From Lachnospiraceae bacterium (GTDB lineage Bacteria; Bacillota; Clostridia; Lachnospirales; Lachnospiraceae), in NCBI GenBank assembly GCA_045129695.1, contig JBGVJZ010000009.1, positions 15,392 to 79,391 of the forward strand: DNA of 64,000 nucleotides, read 5' to 3'. The translations under genes were made by a program, and so were the position numbers. Shown here one piece after another: positions 40,408-51,190 of the stretch (within the stretch, counting starts at the first letter, position 1; each line of letters opens with the position of its first letter). The notes beneath the pieces were generated by a model that was not told the DNA's origin, did not search any database, and worked only from the letters and a program-made list of their open reading frames with translations.

Positions 40408-41829
40408 ATGAACCAGAATATTAGCAGTATTCCGGTAAACGAACCGGAAAGACAATATTATTTTATTGAGCAGCTTAAAAATTTGATTCAGGAGAAAGCA
40501 GCTAAAAAAGGCAGACCTCTTACATACCATATACAGACATTTGGCTGTCAGATGAATGCAAGGGATTCGGAGAAGCTTGCCGGAATCTTAGAGCAGATTG
40601 GATATGTGGAAAGTGATTCCGAACAGGCGGATTTTGTAATTTATAACACTTGTTCTGTCAGGGAAAATGCCAATACACGAGTATATGGACGACTTGGACA
40701 TCTTAATGTTATTAAGAAGCAAAATCAGAATATGCTCATTGCGATGTGCGGGTGCATGATGCAGGAACCTGATGAAATTGAGAAGATTAAAACAACCTAC
40801 CGGTTTGTAGATATTGTTTTTGGTACACATAATATTTTTAAATTTGCAGAATTAATCTATGACAGACTACAGTCTGACAGAATGATTATTGATATCTGGA
40901 AGGATACCAATCAGATTGTTGAGGATTTACCAAATGTGCGTAAGTTTTCTTTTAAATCAGGTATTAATATTACCTACGGATGCAATAATTTCTGCAGCTA
41001 CTGCATAGTTCCTTATGTAAGAGGAAGGGAGCGAAGCAGGGAACCAAAAGACATTATTCGTGAAATTGAACGTTTTGTGTCCGAAGGAGTTAAAGAAGTA
41101 ATGCTTCTTGGACAGAATGTCAATTCTTACGGAAAGAACCTTGACACTCCAATAACTTTTGCAGAGCTTCTTACAGAGGTTGCCAGGATTGAAGGACTTG
41201 AAAGGATTCGTTTCATGACACCTCATCCAAAGGATTTATCTGATGAACTTATTGAAGTAATGCGTGTTACTCCAAAGGTTTGCAGACATATACATCTGCC
41301 ATTACAGTCCGGAAGTTCAAGAATTCTTAAGTTAATGAACCGTCATTACACGAAAGAAGCTTATCTTATACTTGTTGAAAAAATTCGTAAGGCTTTACCG
41401 GATGTTGCCCTGACAACAGATATTATTGTAGGGTTTCCAGGTGAAACAGAAGAAGATTTTGAAGATACAATTGATGTGGTAAAACAGGCAGAATTTGACA
41501 GTGCCTTTACATTTATATATTCAAAGAGGATTGGTACACCGGCGGCTGCGATGGAGAATCAGGTGCCGGAGGATGTTACCAAACGCCGATTTGACAGACT
41601 TTTGGAGGTTGTTTCAGAAGGTGCTTCCAAGCGTTGTGGCAGAGATGTCGGCAAAGCAATGCCGGTTCTGGTTGAAGAGGTTAATGAGCAGCATCCTGAA
41701 CTTGTTACAGGAAGATTATCTAATAATACACTTGTTCATTTTCCGGGTGATGCCTCAATGGTAGGTCAGATTATTTCTGTTTTATTAAAGGAGAGTAAAG
41801 GATTTTACTATATAGGTGAAATACAATAA
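40408..41829 (+). CDS. miaB: tRNA-2-methylthio-i6A37 methylthiotransferase
   Basis: TFGCQMN, NTCSVRE, CNNFCSYC radical SAM motif, TRAM domain. Confidence 0.97.
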   Translation: MNQNISSIPVNEPERQYYFIEQLKNLIQEKAAKKGRPLTYHIQTFGCQMNARDSEKLAGILEQIGYVESDSEQADFVIYNTCSVRENANTRVYGRLGHLNVIKKQNQNMLIAMCGCMMQEPDEIEKIKTTYRFVDIVFGTHNIFKFAELIYDRLQSDRMIIDIWKDTNQIVEDLPNVRKFSFKSGINITYGCNNFCSYCIVPYVRGRERSREPKDIIREIERFVSEGVKEVMLLGQNVNSYGKNLDTPITFAELLTEVARIEGLERIRFMTPHPKDLSDELIEVMRVTPKVCRHIHLPLQSGSSRILKLMNRHYTKEAYLILVEKIRKALPDVALTTDIIVGFPGETEEDFEDTIDVVKQAEFDSAFTFIYSKRIGTPAAAMENQVPEDVTKRRFDRLLEVVSEGASKRCGRDVGKAMPVLVEEVNEQHPELVTGRLSNNTLVHFPGDASMVGQIISVLLKESKGFYYIGEIQ

Positions 41830-41877
41830 GGTATAGTTTTACGGGTGTGGAATTTAGGAAGAAGAAGGACATAAGAA

Positions 41878-43557
41878 ATGCATGAATTAAAACCAAAATT
41901 GTTTTCTGTGATGAAAACCTACACAAAGGATCAGTTAATTAAGGACATTATTTCAGGAATTATTGTGGCGATTATTGCCCTGCCTTTATCAATTGCACTT
42001 GCAATTGCATCGGGTGTCAGTCCTGAAAAGGGTCTTTACACCGCAATTATAGCAGGCTTCTGTATTTCGTTTTTCGGCGGAAGCAGGGTTCAGATTGGCG
42101 GACCTACAGCAGCATTTGTTGTTATTATTTACGGAATTATTGAACAGTATGACATAAGCGGACTTATTGTGGCTACGATTATGGCAGGTATTTTTATGAT
42201 TATATTTGGTCTGTGCCGGGCCGGAAACCTCATTAAGTTCATTCCTTATACAATTACAACCGGTTTTACTGCAGGTATTGCCGTAAGTATTGCCGTCGGA
42301 CAGCTTAAGGATTTTATGGGAATTGATATGGGTGCACTTCCGTCAGATTTCATTGATAAAGTAATTGCAATGGGCAGGAACATTACTAAGCTTAACTGGA
42401 TTGCCCTTGCAATAGGTGTACTTGCTCTTGTTATTCAGATTGTATGGCCGAAGCTTATGGGGCTGCTGCCAGAGAAATTAAAATATGTTAAGGCAATTCC
42501 GGGTTCATTAATTGCAATTATTGTTGCAACGGTGCTGGTAAACTGTTGTAATCTGCCTGTAAATACAATCGGCAGCCTCAATTATGACTTGTCAGCCAAG
42601 CTTCCAGCTCTTTCAATACCGAATGTTAATTTTGAAATGATTAAAAACTTAATCAGTCCTGCATTTACAATTGCGATTCTTGCAAGTATCGAATCACTTC
42701 TGTCAGCCGTTGTTGCGGATGGTATGATTGGAAGCAAACACCGTTCCAATGCAGAGCTTATCGGACAGGGTATCGGTAATATTTTATCAGGACTTTTTGG
42801 TGGAATCCCTGCAACAGGTGCAATTGCAAGAACTGCTGCCAATATTAAAAACGGCGGACGTACACCGATTGCCGGAATGGTACACTCTATTGTGCTTTTA
42901 ATAATTCTTTTATTATTAATGCCTTATGCTTCATGGATTCCAATGCCTGCACTTGCAGCAATTCTTATTATGGTTGCTTACAATATGGCAGGAATCGCAA
43001 ACTGTATACGTTTATGCAAAAAAGCACCAAAGAGTGATATACTTGTATTTGCTTTAACATTCCTGTTAACAGTTTTCTTTGACCTCGTTGTCGCAATTGA
43101 GATTAGCATGATTGTAGCAGCAGCTTTATTTATGAAGAGAATGGCGGATACAACAGATGTAAAAAGCTGGAAATATATTCAGCCTGAGGAAGAGGATGAC
43201 CCTGATAATATCAGACTTAAAATTGTCCCTGATAACACACTTGTATACGAAATCTGCGGACCGATGTTCTTTGGTATGACTGATAAATTTATGGAGCTTA
43301 CTAAGGATACAAGCAAGGATGTAATAATTCTACGAATGAGAAGTGTTCCGTCAATTGATGCCAGTGCATTACATTCTTTGTATGATATTTTACATAAATG
43401 TCAAAAAGACAAAACCACACTTATTTTCTCACATGTCAATGAACAGCCAATGAAAATGATGCAGAAGGCCAAGTTTGATGAGGAAGCCGGTGTTGAAAAT
43501 TTCTGTGCCAATATTGATGAAGCAATAGAAAGAGCTATAGCAATTACCGGCAAATAA
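41878..43557 (+). CDS. SulP/SLC26 anion permease with STAS domain
   Basis: LPLSIALAIASG, QIGGPT, ESLLSAVVAD, ATGAIARTA, C-terminal STAS. Confidence 0.95.
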   Translation: MHELKPKLFSVMKTYTKDQLIKDIISGIIVAIIALPLSIALAIASGVSPEKGLYTAIIAGFCISFFGGSRVQIGGPTAAFVVIIYGIIEQYDISGLIVATIMAGIFMIIFGLCRAGNLIKFIPYTITTGFTAGIAVSIAVGQLKDFMGIDMGALPSDFIDKVIAMGRNITKLNWIALAIGVLALVIQIVWPKLMGLLPEKLKYVKAIPGSLIAIIVATVLVNCCNLPVNTIGSLNYDLSAKLPALSIPNVNFEMIKNLISPAFTIAILASIESLLSAVVADGMIGSKHRSNAELIGQGIGNILSGLFGGIPATGAIARTAANIKNGGRTPIAGMVHSIVLLIILLLLMPYASWIPMPALAAILIMVAYNMAGIANCIRLCKKAPKSDILVFALTFLLTVFFDLVVAIEISMIVAAALFMKRMADTTDVKSWKYIQPEEEDDPDNIRLKIVPDNTLVYEICGPMFFGMTDKFMELTKDTSKDVIILRMRSVPSIDASALHSLYDILHKCQKDKTTLIFSHVNEQPMKMMQKAKFDEEAGVENFCANIDEAIERAIAITGK

Positions 43558-43586
43558 TTTACTTTATAGAAGAGAAGGTTACTTAC

Positions 43587-46238
43587 ATGCCAGAATTAAG
43601 CCCAATGATGCAAAAATATCTTGAAACCAAAGAAGAGTACAGGGATTGTGTACTTTTCTACAGACTTGGCGATTTTTACGAGATGTTTTTTGATGATGCG
43701 ATAAATGTTTCAAGAGAACTTGAATTAACACTTACAGGCAGGGACTGTGGTCTCGAAGAAAGAGCTCCGATGTGCGGAGTTCCTTATCATGCCGCAGATA
43801 CATATATTAACCGACTTGTACAGAAAGGCTATAAGGTAGCAATCTGTGAGCAGGTTGAGGACCCTAAGACCGCCAAAGGGCTGGTTAAGCGTGAAGTAAT
43901 CAAAATTGTTACTCCGGGTACGAATTTCAATCCCGGTGCTTTATCAGAGGATAAGAATAATTACCTTATGTGCATCGCTTATATGAGTAATGCCATAGGT
44001 CTTGCTTCTTGTGATATTACAACCGGAGAATTTCTTGTTACCGAGGTTACAACAGGAAGAGAAGTGCTTGATGAGATTAATAAATTCTCACCTTCAGAAA
44101 TTATCTGTAATGAGGCCTTCAGTATAAGCGGAATTGATATTACCGATATAACAGAAAGACTTAACATTGCAGTTTCTGAGATGGAGCCTTGGTATTTTGA
44201 CGATATAAGTGCTAATAAAATTTTAAAAGAACATTTTAAAATTAATCAGTTAGAAGGTCTTGGACTTAAGGATTATCCGACAGGTATAATAGCTGCTGGA
44301 GCCTTGATGAATTATCTTTATGAGACACAGAAAAATTCTCTGCCCCATCTGACAAGAATTACCCCATATGTAACGGGTAAGTTTATGATTATTGACAGTT
44401 CTACAAGACGCAATCTTGAGTTGGTTGAGACAATGCGTGAGAAACAGAAGCGTGGTTCACTTCTTTGGGTGCTTGACAAGACTAAGACGGCAATGGGGGC
44501 AAGACTTCTTCGTAAGATGATAGAACAGCCTCTTATTGTAAAAGATGATATTATTAAACGTCAGGATGCCATAAATGAGTTGATTGACAGCTATATTGAC
44601 AGGGAGGAATTAAGAGAATACCTTAACCCTGTATATGATCTTGAGAGATTAATAGGAAGAATCAGTACCAAAACAGCCGGACCGAGGGAGTTAGTATCCT
44701 TTAAGACCTCGATAGAAATGCTCCCTCATATCAAATCAATTCTTATGGGAATGAAATCCGGACTTCTGAAGGATATTTATCAGAATTTGGACACACTAAC
44801 CGATATTTACGAATTAATTAACAGTTCAATTGTTGATGAGCCTCCTATTACTCTCAAAGACGGCGGATTAATCAAAGAGGGCTATAACGATGAGGTTGAC
44901 CGTTTACGCAATGCCAAGACAGAGGGCAGGAACTGGCTTGCACAGCTTGAGGCAGATGAGAAGGAAAGAACAGGAATAAAAAACCTCAAAATCAAATTTA
45001 ATAAGGTATTCGGATACTATCTTGAAGTAACCAACTCCTTCAAAAACATGGTTCCTGACGATTATATCCGTAAACAGACACTTACCAATGCAGAGCGTTA
45101 TACAACCCCTAAATTAAAGGAATTAGAGGATATTATTCTTGGAGCGGAGGACAAGCTTTTCTCACTTGAATATGATATTTTCGTTGAAATACGTGACAGA
45201 ATTGCCAAAGAGGTACTTAGAATTCAGACAACAGCCAAGGCGATTGCCAGTGCAGATGTTTTTGCTTCTCTTGCAGTTGTTGCAACACAGAATGATTATA
45301 TCAGACCTTCTATTAATGACAAAGGAACTATCAAAATCACAGGCGGAAGACATCCTGTTGTTGAAAAAATGATTAACAACAATATGTTTGTTGCGAACGA
45401 TACATTTCTTGATAATAACAAGAACAGAATATCAATAATTACCGGTCCTAATATGGCTGGTAAATCCACATATATGAGACAGGTAGCATTGATTGTCCTT
45501 ATGGCTCAGATCGGGTCATATATTCCTGCGAAGGCAGCGGATATCGGTATTGCAGACAGAATATTTACTAGAGTTGGTGCTTCCGATGACTTAGCAAGCG
45601 GACAGAGTACCTTCATGGTTGAGATGACTGAGGTTGCCAATATTCTTCGTAATGCAACATCTGACAGTCTGTTAATACTTGATGAAATCGGAAGAGGAAC
45701 AAGTACCTTTGACGGATTATCAATTGCATGGGCAGTTGTAGAGCATATCAGCAATCCGAAGCTTCTCGGAGCTAAAACACTTTTTGCCACTCATTACCAT
45801 GAGCTTACAGAGCTTGAAGGAACCATTGATTCCGTTAACAACTACTGTATTGCAGTAAAGGAACAGGGTGATGACATAGTATTTCTTCGTAAAATCGTTA
45901 AGGGTGGTGCCGATAAAAGCTATGGTATTCAGGTTGCCAAGCTTGCAGGTGTTCCTGACAATGTTATTCAGAGAGCCAGAGAAATCGTAAATGAACTTGC
46001 TGATAATGATATTTCAATAAAAGCAAAAGAGATTGCCAAGCTTGGTGTTCCTGCAGCCTCCTTCAAGATTCCTGAGAAAATAGGCAAGGAAGAATATGTA
46101 CAGATGTCCTTGTTTGATGCAGTTAATAATGATGATATTATTAACGACATTAAGGAAATGGATCTTACCGGAATGACCCCGATTGAAGCACTTAACTCAT
46201 TATACAGAATTCAGGATCAGATTAAAAACAGGTGGTAA
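43587..46238 (+). CDS. mutS: DNA mismatch repair protein MutS
   Basis: FYRLGDFYEMF, GPNMAGKST, DEIGRGTST, C-terminal QMSLF clamp motif. Confidence 0.99.
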   Translation: MPELSPMMQKYLETKEEYRDCVLFYRLGDFYEMFFDDAINVSRELELTLTGRDCGLEERAPMCGVPYHAADTYINRLVQKGYKVAICEQVEDPKTAKGLVKREVIKIVTPGTNFNPGALSEDKNNYLMCIAYMSNAIGLASCDITTGEFLVTEVTTGREVLDEINKFSPSEIICNEAFSISGIDITDITERLNIAVSEMEPWYFDDISANKILKEHFKINQLEGLGLKDYPTGIIAAGALMNYLYETQKNSLPHLTRITPYVTGKFMIIDSSTRRNLELVETMREKQKRGSLLWVLDKTKTAMGARLLRKMIEQPLIVKDDIIKRQDAINELIDSYIDREELREYLNPVYDLERLIGRISTKTAGPRELVSFKTSIEMLPHIKSILMGMKSGLLKDIYQNLDTLTDIYELINSSIVDEPPITLKDGGLIKEGYNDEVDRLRNAKTEGRNWLAQLEADEKERTGIKNLKIKFNKVFGYYLEVTNSFKNMVPDDYIRKQTLTNAERYTTPKLKELEDIILGAEDKLFSLEYDIFVEIRDRIAKEVLRIQTTAKAIASADVFASLAVVATQNDYIRPSINDKGTIKITGGRHPVVEKMINNNMFVANDTFLDNNKNRISIITGPNMAGKSTYMRQVALIVLMAQIGSYIPAKAADIGIADRIFTRVGASDDLASGQSTFMVEMTEVANILRNATSDSLLILDEIGRGTSTFDGLSIAWAVVEHISNPKLLGAKTLFATHYHELTELEGTIDSVNNYCIAVKEQGDDIVFLRKIVKGGADKSYGIQVAKLAGVPDNVIQRAREIVNELADNDISIKAKEIAKLGVPAASFKIPEKIGKEEYVQMSLFDAVNNDDIINDIKEMDLTGMTPIEALNSLYRIQDQIKNRW

Positions 46239-46243
46239 AATAA

Positions 46244-48154
46244 ATGGCCATTCATATTTTGAATCAAAATACTATAAATCAGATAGCAGCCGGTGAAGTA
46301 GTTGACCGGCCTTCTTCTGTTGTAAAAGAGCTTGTTGAGAATGCAATTGATGCAGGCTCTACGGCGATAACAGTTGAAATTAAAGAAGGCGGTTTATCCT
46401 TTATAAGAATTACCGACAATGGTTCAGGTATTGCTAAAGAGGATATCCCTGTTGCGTTTCTCCGCCATTCCACCAGTAAAATTAAAGATGCAGCAGATCT
46501 TGTAAGTATTTCATCACTTGGCTTCAGAGGTGAGGCACTTTCAAGTATCAGTGCCGTTTCACAGGTGGAGCTGATCACTAAGACAAGAGATGCACTTTGC
46601 GGAATCCGTTATGAAATTGAAGGTGGAGAAGAGAAGACAATGGAAGAAGTCGGAGCTCCCGATGGAACTACTTTTATTGTCAGAAATTTGTTTTATAATA
46701 CTCCTGCAAGACGTAAATTCCTAAAAACTGCTTCAACAGAGGGCGGGTATATTAACTCACTTATGGAGCATTTATGTATGTCCCATCCCGATATATCCTT
46801 CAGATTCATACAGAATAACCAGCCCAAACTCCAGACATCCGGAAACGGTAATCTTAAGGATGTGATCTATGCAATTTACGGACGTGAAATTACGAACCAG
46901 CTGGTTGAAATAGAAGGTACTTATGAGGATTTCTCAGTTAAGGGCTATATTGCAAAGCCCGTTGTAGCCAGAAGTAACCGTAATTTTGAGAATTATTATA
47001 TTAATGGCAGATACATCAAAAGTGCAATAATTATGAAGGCAATTGAGGCTGCTTACGCTCCTTTTATGATGCAGCATAAGTATCCTTTTACGGCATTTCA
47101 TATAACGATAGAGCCTGACCAGCTGGATGTTAATGTACATCCTTCCAAAATGGAGCTCAGATTCTCCAATGGTCAGTATATTTATGATTCACTTATTGAC
47201 TGCATCACTAAGGCACTTACAAAACGTGAGCTGATTCCTGAGGTTGTAATTGAAGATAAACCGAAACGGGTTATTAATCCGAATATTCAGCCGATAAAAC
47301 AGCCAAAAACTACGGAAATTCCGAAGCCTGTACAGGTTACTCTTAAAGAGCCGGAAATTCCATATTCTGTACCAAAGACTGTACCACAGCCTCCTATACA
47401 AGAACCTGTACCTCCTGTAAAAGAAGTTGTTAAGCCTGCTCCTGTAAGGGCACCGGAACCTTTTGAGGTAAATCGTATTGCCAATCAGGCACAGAAAGAT
47501 GAGCCACAGAAGGAAACAGCTAAATATGAACAGCTGCAGCTTATTGATGAACCTAAGCTTTTGGAAAAAGAGCATAAAAAGGACATAAAAATAATCGGAC
47601 AGGTCTTTGATACCTACTGGATAATCCAGTTTGAACAGAATATGTATATCATTGACCAGCATGCTGCACATGAAAAAGTACTTTTTGAGCAGTTTATGAA
47701 AAGATATGTTGAACGTAATATTTCTACACAGTATTTGAGTCCTCCGGTTATTATTTCACTTACCGGTGAAGAGGAAATTATACTTAAAGAAAATATGCAG
47801 TACTTTGAAAGCTTCGGTTTTGAAATTGAAGAATTCGGCGGTGATTCTTATGCAATAAGAGGAATTCCTGCTGATTTTACCGAAAGCAATCCACAGGAAA
47901 TACTACTTGAAATACTGGATTCAATGACTGAAGACTCCTTTAAGAAGACTCCGGAATCAATTAAGGACAGAATTGCTACAATGTCCTGTAAGGCAGCAGT
48001 CAAGGGCAATAACCGTTTGAGCAGCCAGGAAGCGACGGAACTTATTAATAATTTAATGAACCTTGAGAATCCATATAATTGTCCACATGGGCGTCCTACA
48101 ATGATAACCATGAGTAAATATGAATTAGAAAAGAAATTTAAGAGAATTATTTAG
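46244..48154 (+). CDS. mutL: DNA mismatch repair endonuclease MutL
   Basis: KELVENAIDA, GFRGEAL, DQHAAHE, SCK, CPHGRP. Confidence 0.99.
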   Translation: MAIHILNQNTINQIAAGEVVDRPSSVVKELVENAIDAGSTAITVEIKEGGLSFIRITDNGSGIAKEDIPVAFLRHSTSKIKDAADLVSISSLGFRGEALSSISAVSQVELITKTRDALCGIRYEIEGGEEKTMEEVGAPDGTTFIVRNLFYNTPARRKFLKTASTEGGYINSLMEHLCMSHPDISFRFIQNNQPKLQTSGNGNLKDVIYAIYGREITNQLVEIEGTYEDFSVKGYIAKPVVARSNRNFENYYINGRYIKSAIIMKAIEAAYAPFMMQHKYPFTAFHITIEPDQLDVNVHPSKMELRFSNGQYIYDSLIDCITKALTKRELIPEVVIEDKPKRVINPNIQPIKQPKTTEIPKPVQVTLKEPEIPYSVPKTVPQPPIQEPVPPVKEVVKPAPVRAPEPFEVNRIANQAQKDEPQKETAKYEQLQLIDEPKLLEKEHKKDIKIIGQVFDTYWIIQFEQNMYIIDQHAAHEKVLFEQFMKRYVERNISTQYLSPPVIISLTGEEEIILKENMQYFESFGFEIEEFGGDSYAIRGIPADFTESNPQEILLEILDSMTEDSFKKTPESIKDRIATMSCKAAVKGNNRLSSQEATELINNLMNLENPYNCPHGRPTMITMSKYELEKKFKRII

Positions 48155-48157
48155 TAT

Positions 48158-49126
48158 ATGAACAGGAAACCTTTAATTATTTTAACAGGTCCCACATCAG
48201 TGGGCAAAACAGAATTATCAATCTCCCTTGCAAAAGCAGTTAACGGTGAGATAATAAGTGCAGATTCCATGCAGGTATACCGCAAAATGGATATCGGTAC
48301 TGCTAAAATTACTCCGGAAGAAATGGCAGGTGTAAAGCACCATCTCATTGATGTACTGGATCCTTCAGAGGATTTTAATGTATTTCTCTTTAAGGAACTT
48401 GCCAAAAAAGCAATGGATGATATATATAACAGAGGACATATTCCGATTCTTACCGGCGGTACGGGCTTCTATATCCAGTCAGTACTGTATGACATAGATT
48501 TCAGTACTGATGACGGAGACAATTCATACAGGCATGAATTAGAAGCACTTGCGGAAGAAAAAGGTGCGGAGTATCTTCACAATATTCTTAAAGAGGTGGA
48601 TTCTGAATCGGCACAAGAGATTCATTATAACAATGTAAAAAGAGTAATTCGTGCTCTTGAATATTACCACCAGACAGGTGAGAAAATATCCATACATAAC
48701 AAAGAGCAGCGACAGAAGGAATCACCGTATAACTTTGCTTATTTTGTATTAAATGATGAACGTGCAATGATTTATGACAGAATTAACCGCCGTGTTGACA
48801 TAATGATTAAAAACGGTCTTGTAGAAGAAGTAAGTAATCTTGTTAACGAAGGCTACACCAAAGAGCTTGTATCAATGCAGGGACTTGGTTACAAAGAGAT
48901 TATTGATTACCTAAATGGTGAAATCAGTCTTGATGAAGCCATCTACAGAATTAAAAGGGATACAAGACATTTTGCCAAAAGACAATTGACATGGTTTGGC
49001 AGGGAGCGTGAAGTTATTTTTGTAAACAAAAATGAATTTAATTACGACACCGGGGCAGCTCTTGATTATATGCTTGAATGCCTTAAAAACAAACAGATTA
49101 TAAAGGATATTAACAATGAACGATAA
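48158..49126 (+). CDS. miaA: tRNA dimethylallyltransferase
   Basis: GPTSVGKT, DSMQVYR.MDIGTAK, GGTGFY, KRQLTWF. Confidence 0.98.
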   Translation: MNRKPLIILTGPTSVGKTELSISLAKAVNGEIISADSMQVYRKMDIGTAKITPEEMAGVKHHLIDVLDPSEDFNVFLFKELAKKAMDDIYNRGHIPILTGGTGFYIQSVLYDIDFSTDDGDNSYRHELEALAEEKGAEYLHNILKEVDSESAQEIHYNNVKRVIRALEYYHQTGEKISIHNKEQRQKESPYNFAYFVLNDERAMIYDRINRRVDIMIKNGLVEEVSNLVNEGYTKELVSMQGLGYKEIIDYLNGEISLDEAIYRIKRDTRHFAKRQLTWFGREREVIFVNKNEFNYDTGAALDYMLECLKNKQIIKDINNER

Positions 49127-50399
49127 TAATTATAAAATGTATATAGATTCAGGTATTTCTAAAAAGGTACTTGATTATTGTAAAGAAATTGAAGAGAAAC
49201 TGTATCCACGTTTCAGAAAAATAGATGAGGTTGCTGAATATAACCAGTTAAAGGTAATCAGTGCAATGCAAAAGAATCAGGTCAGTGAAGCTCATCTCGG
49301 TACTTCAACGGGCTATGGTTATAATGACATGGGAAGAGATACACTTGAACAGGTATATGCTGATATTTTTCACACAGAGTCAGCTTTGGTGCGCTCACAG
49401 ATTACCTGTGGTACGCATGCATTGACAATTGCACTTGCAGGCAATTTAAGACCGGGAGATGAAATTTTCTCCCCTGTAGGGCTTCCATATGACACCTTGC
49501 AGGGAGTTATAGGAATCAGACCTGAGAAGGGCAGCCTTGCGGAATATGGTATTACATATGCCCAGGCTGATTTATTGGCAGATGGTTCATTTGATTATGA
49601 AGCCATCAGAAACGGAATTAATGACAGAACCAGACTTGTAACAATTCAGCGTTCCAAAGGCTATGCAAGCCGTCCGACACTTTCCGTTGAAAGAATTGGA
49701 GAATTGATTAGCTTTATTAAGGAAATCAAGCCCGGTGTCATCTGCATGGTAGATAACTGCTACGGCGAATTTGTTGAGACGATTGAGCCATCCGATGTAG
49801 GAGCTGATTTAGTTGTAGGTTCCCTTATTAAGAATGCCGGAGGAGGACTTGCTCCAACCGGAGGATATATCTGCGGACGTAAGGAATATGTAGATAATGC
49901 AGCCTTCCGCCTCACCGCCCCGGGACTGGGTAAGGAATTAGGTGCATCACTAGGTATTAATTCTGCATTTTATCAGGGACTTTTTCTGGCTCCGACAGTT
50001 ACGTCAGGTGCTTTAAAGGGTGCAATCTTTGCTGCCAATGTATATGAAAACCTTGGTTTTAAGGTTGTTCCTGATAAGACAGAGGAGCGTTATGACATAA
50101 TTCAGGCAGTTGAATTATTAAAGCCTGAGTATTTAATAGCTTTCTGTAAGGGTATTCAGGCAGCAGCACCGGTTGACAGTCATGTAACACCGGAGCCTTG
50201 GGATATGCCGGGATATGACTCACAGGTTATTATGGCAGCAGGAGCATTTATTTCAGGTTCATCGATTGAATTATCTGCTGACGGACCATTAAGACCACCT
50301 TATACAGCCTTCTTTCAGGGTGGCCTGACATGGTATCATGCGAAGTTCGGTATAATGATGAGTCTACAAAAATTATTGGAAACAGATTTTAAATTTTAA
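49116..50399 (+). CDS. ynbB: Methionine gamma-lyase-family / YnbB (aluminium-resistance) PLP protein
   Basis: STGYGYND.GRD, CGTHAL, QRSKGY, VDNCYGEF, GSLIKNAGG. Confidence 0.92.
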   Translation: MNDNNYKMYIDSGISKKVLDYCKEIEEKLYPRFRKIDEVAEYNQLKVISAMQKNQVSEAHLGTSTGYGYNDMGRDTLEQVYADIFHTESALVRSQITCGTHALTIALAGNLRPGDEIFSPVGLPYDTLQGVIGIRPEKGSLAEYGITYAQADLLADGSFDYEAIRNGINDRTRLVTIQRSKGYASRPTLSVERIGELISFIKEIKPGVICMVDNCYGEFVETIEPSDVGADLVVGSLIKNAGGGLAPTGGYICGRKEYVDNAAFRLTAPGLGKELGASLGINSAFYQGLFLAPTVTSGALKGAIFAANVYENLGFKVVPDKTEERYDIIQAVELLKPEYLIAFCKGIQAAAPVDSHVTPEPWDMPGYDSQVIMAAGAFISGSSIELSADGPLRPPYTAFFQGGLTWYHAKFGIMMSLQKLLETDFKF

Positions 50400-50492
50400 T
50401 GAAATTTGTATACATTAAGTTTTTGATGTGATAATATATGTATGTAAAAAGACTGGCCTTTCCGCTTAAAATGGTTTTAAAGGAGGTCTTTA

Positions 50493-51182
50493 ATGTCAAA
50501 ACTTAATTTAGAAGCATCAGATTTACCTTATGAAAAATGTTTAAAATATGGTCCCTCAGCACTTTCTGATGCTGAACTGATTGCTGTAATTCTTAGAACA
50601 GGTACAACCAGATACAACTGTATTGAGGTTGCCAGAAGTATTCTTGAGCTGTCAAAGGGAATGGGGTTATTGGCACTCAAACACCTTAGTCTTAAGGAAT
50701 TACAGGAAATTGAGGGAATAGGACAGGTTAAAGCTGTGATGCTTACCTGTGTCGGTGAACTTTCCTCCAGAATATCCAGAGCCGCATTGCCTGACAGACA
50801 ACAGTTTGTAACAGCGGCAGCAGTTGCAGATTATTATATGGAAGAATTAAGGCACAAGGAAAGAGAGCAGTTTTACCTTATGCAACTAAATAACAAATGC
50901 AGATTAGTCCATGAATCATTGTTATCAATCGGTACTGTCAGTCAGACCTGTGTAAGCGTCAGGGATATTTTTATCGAAGCGTTACGCAATAAAGCAGTTT
51001 ACATAATTATGGTTCATAATCACCCCAGCGGTGACCCGGCTCCCAGCCGTGATGACATGCAATGCACCAAAGTAATCGAGGAAGCAGGAAAACTCCTCGG
51101 AATACCTCTTGTTGACCATGTTATAATTGGAGATAATCAGTATTTTAGTTTTAAAGAACAGGATTTATTAGGAAAGGAATAG
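50493..51182 (+). CDS. radC: RadC (JAB domain) protein
   Basis: LSDAELIA.ILRTG, HhH GIG.VKA, HNHPSGDP.PS..D, DH.IIG. Confidence 0.96.
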   Translation: MSKLNLEASDLPYEKCLKYGPSALSDAELIAVILRTGTTRYNCIEVARSILELSKGMGLLALKHLSLKELQEIEGIGQVKAVMLTCVGELSSRISRAALPDRQQFVTAAAVADYYMEELRHKEREQFYLMQLNNKCRLVHESLLSIGTVSQTCVSVRDIFIEALRNKAVYIIMVHNHPSGDPAPSRDDMQCTKVIEEAGKLLGIPLVDHVIIGDNQYFSFKEQDLLGKE

Positions 51183-51190
51183 ATTAGAAA

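Noticed and set aside
47189-47671. Minus-strand ORFs with Gly/Thr or Arg/Phe repeats
   Set aside because: Mirror of the Pro-rich MutL linker codons; no RBS or family motif.
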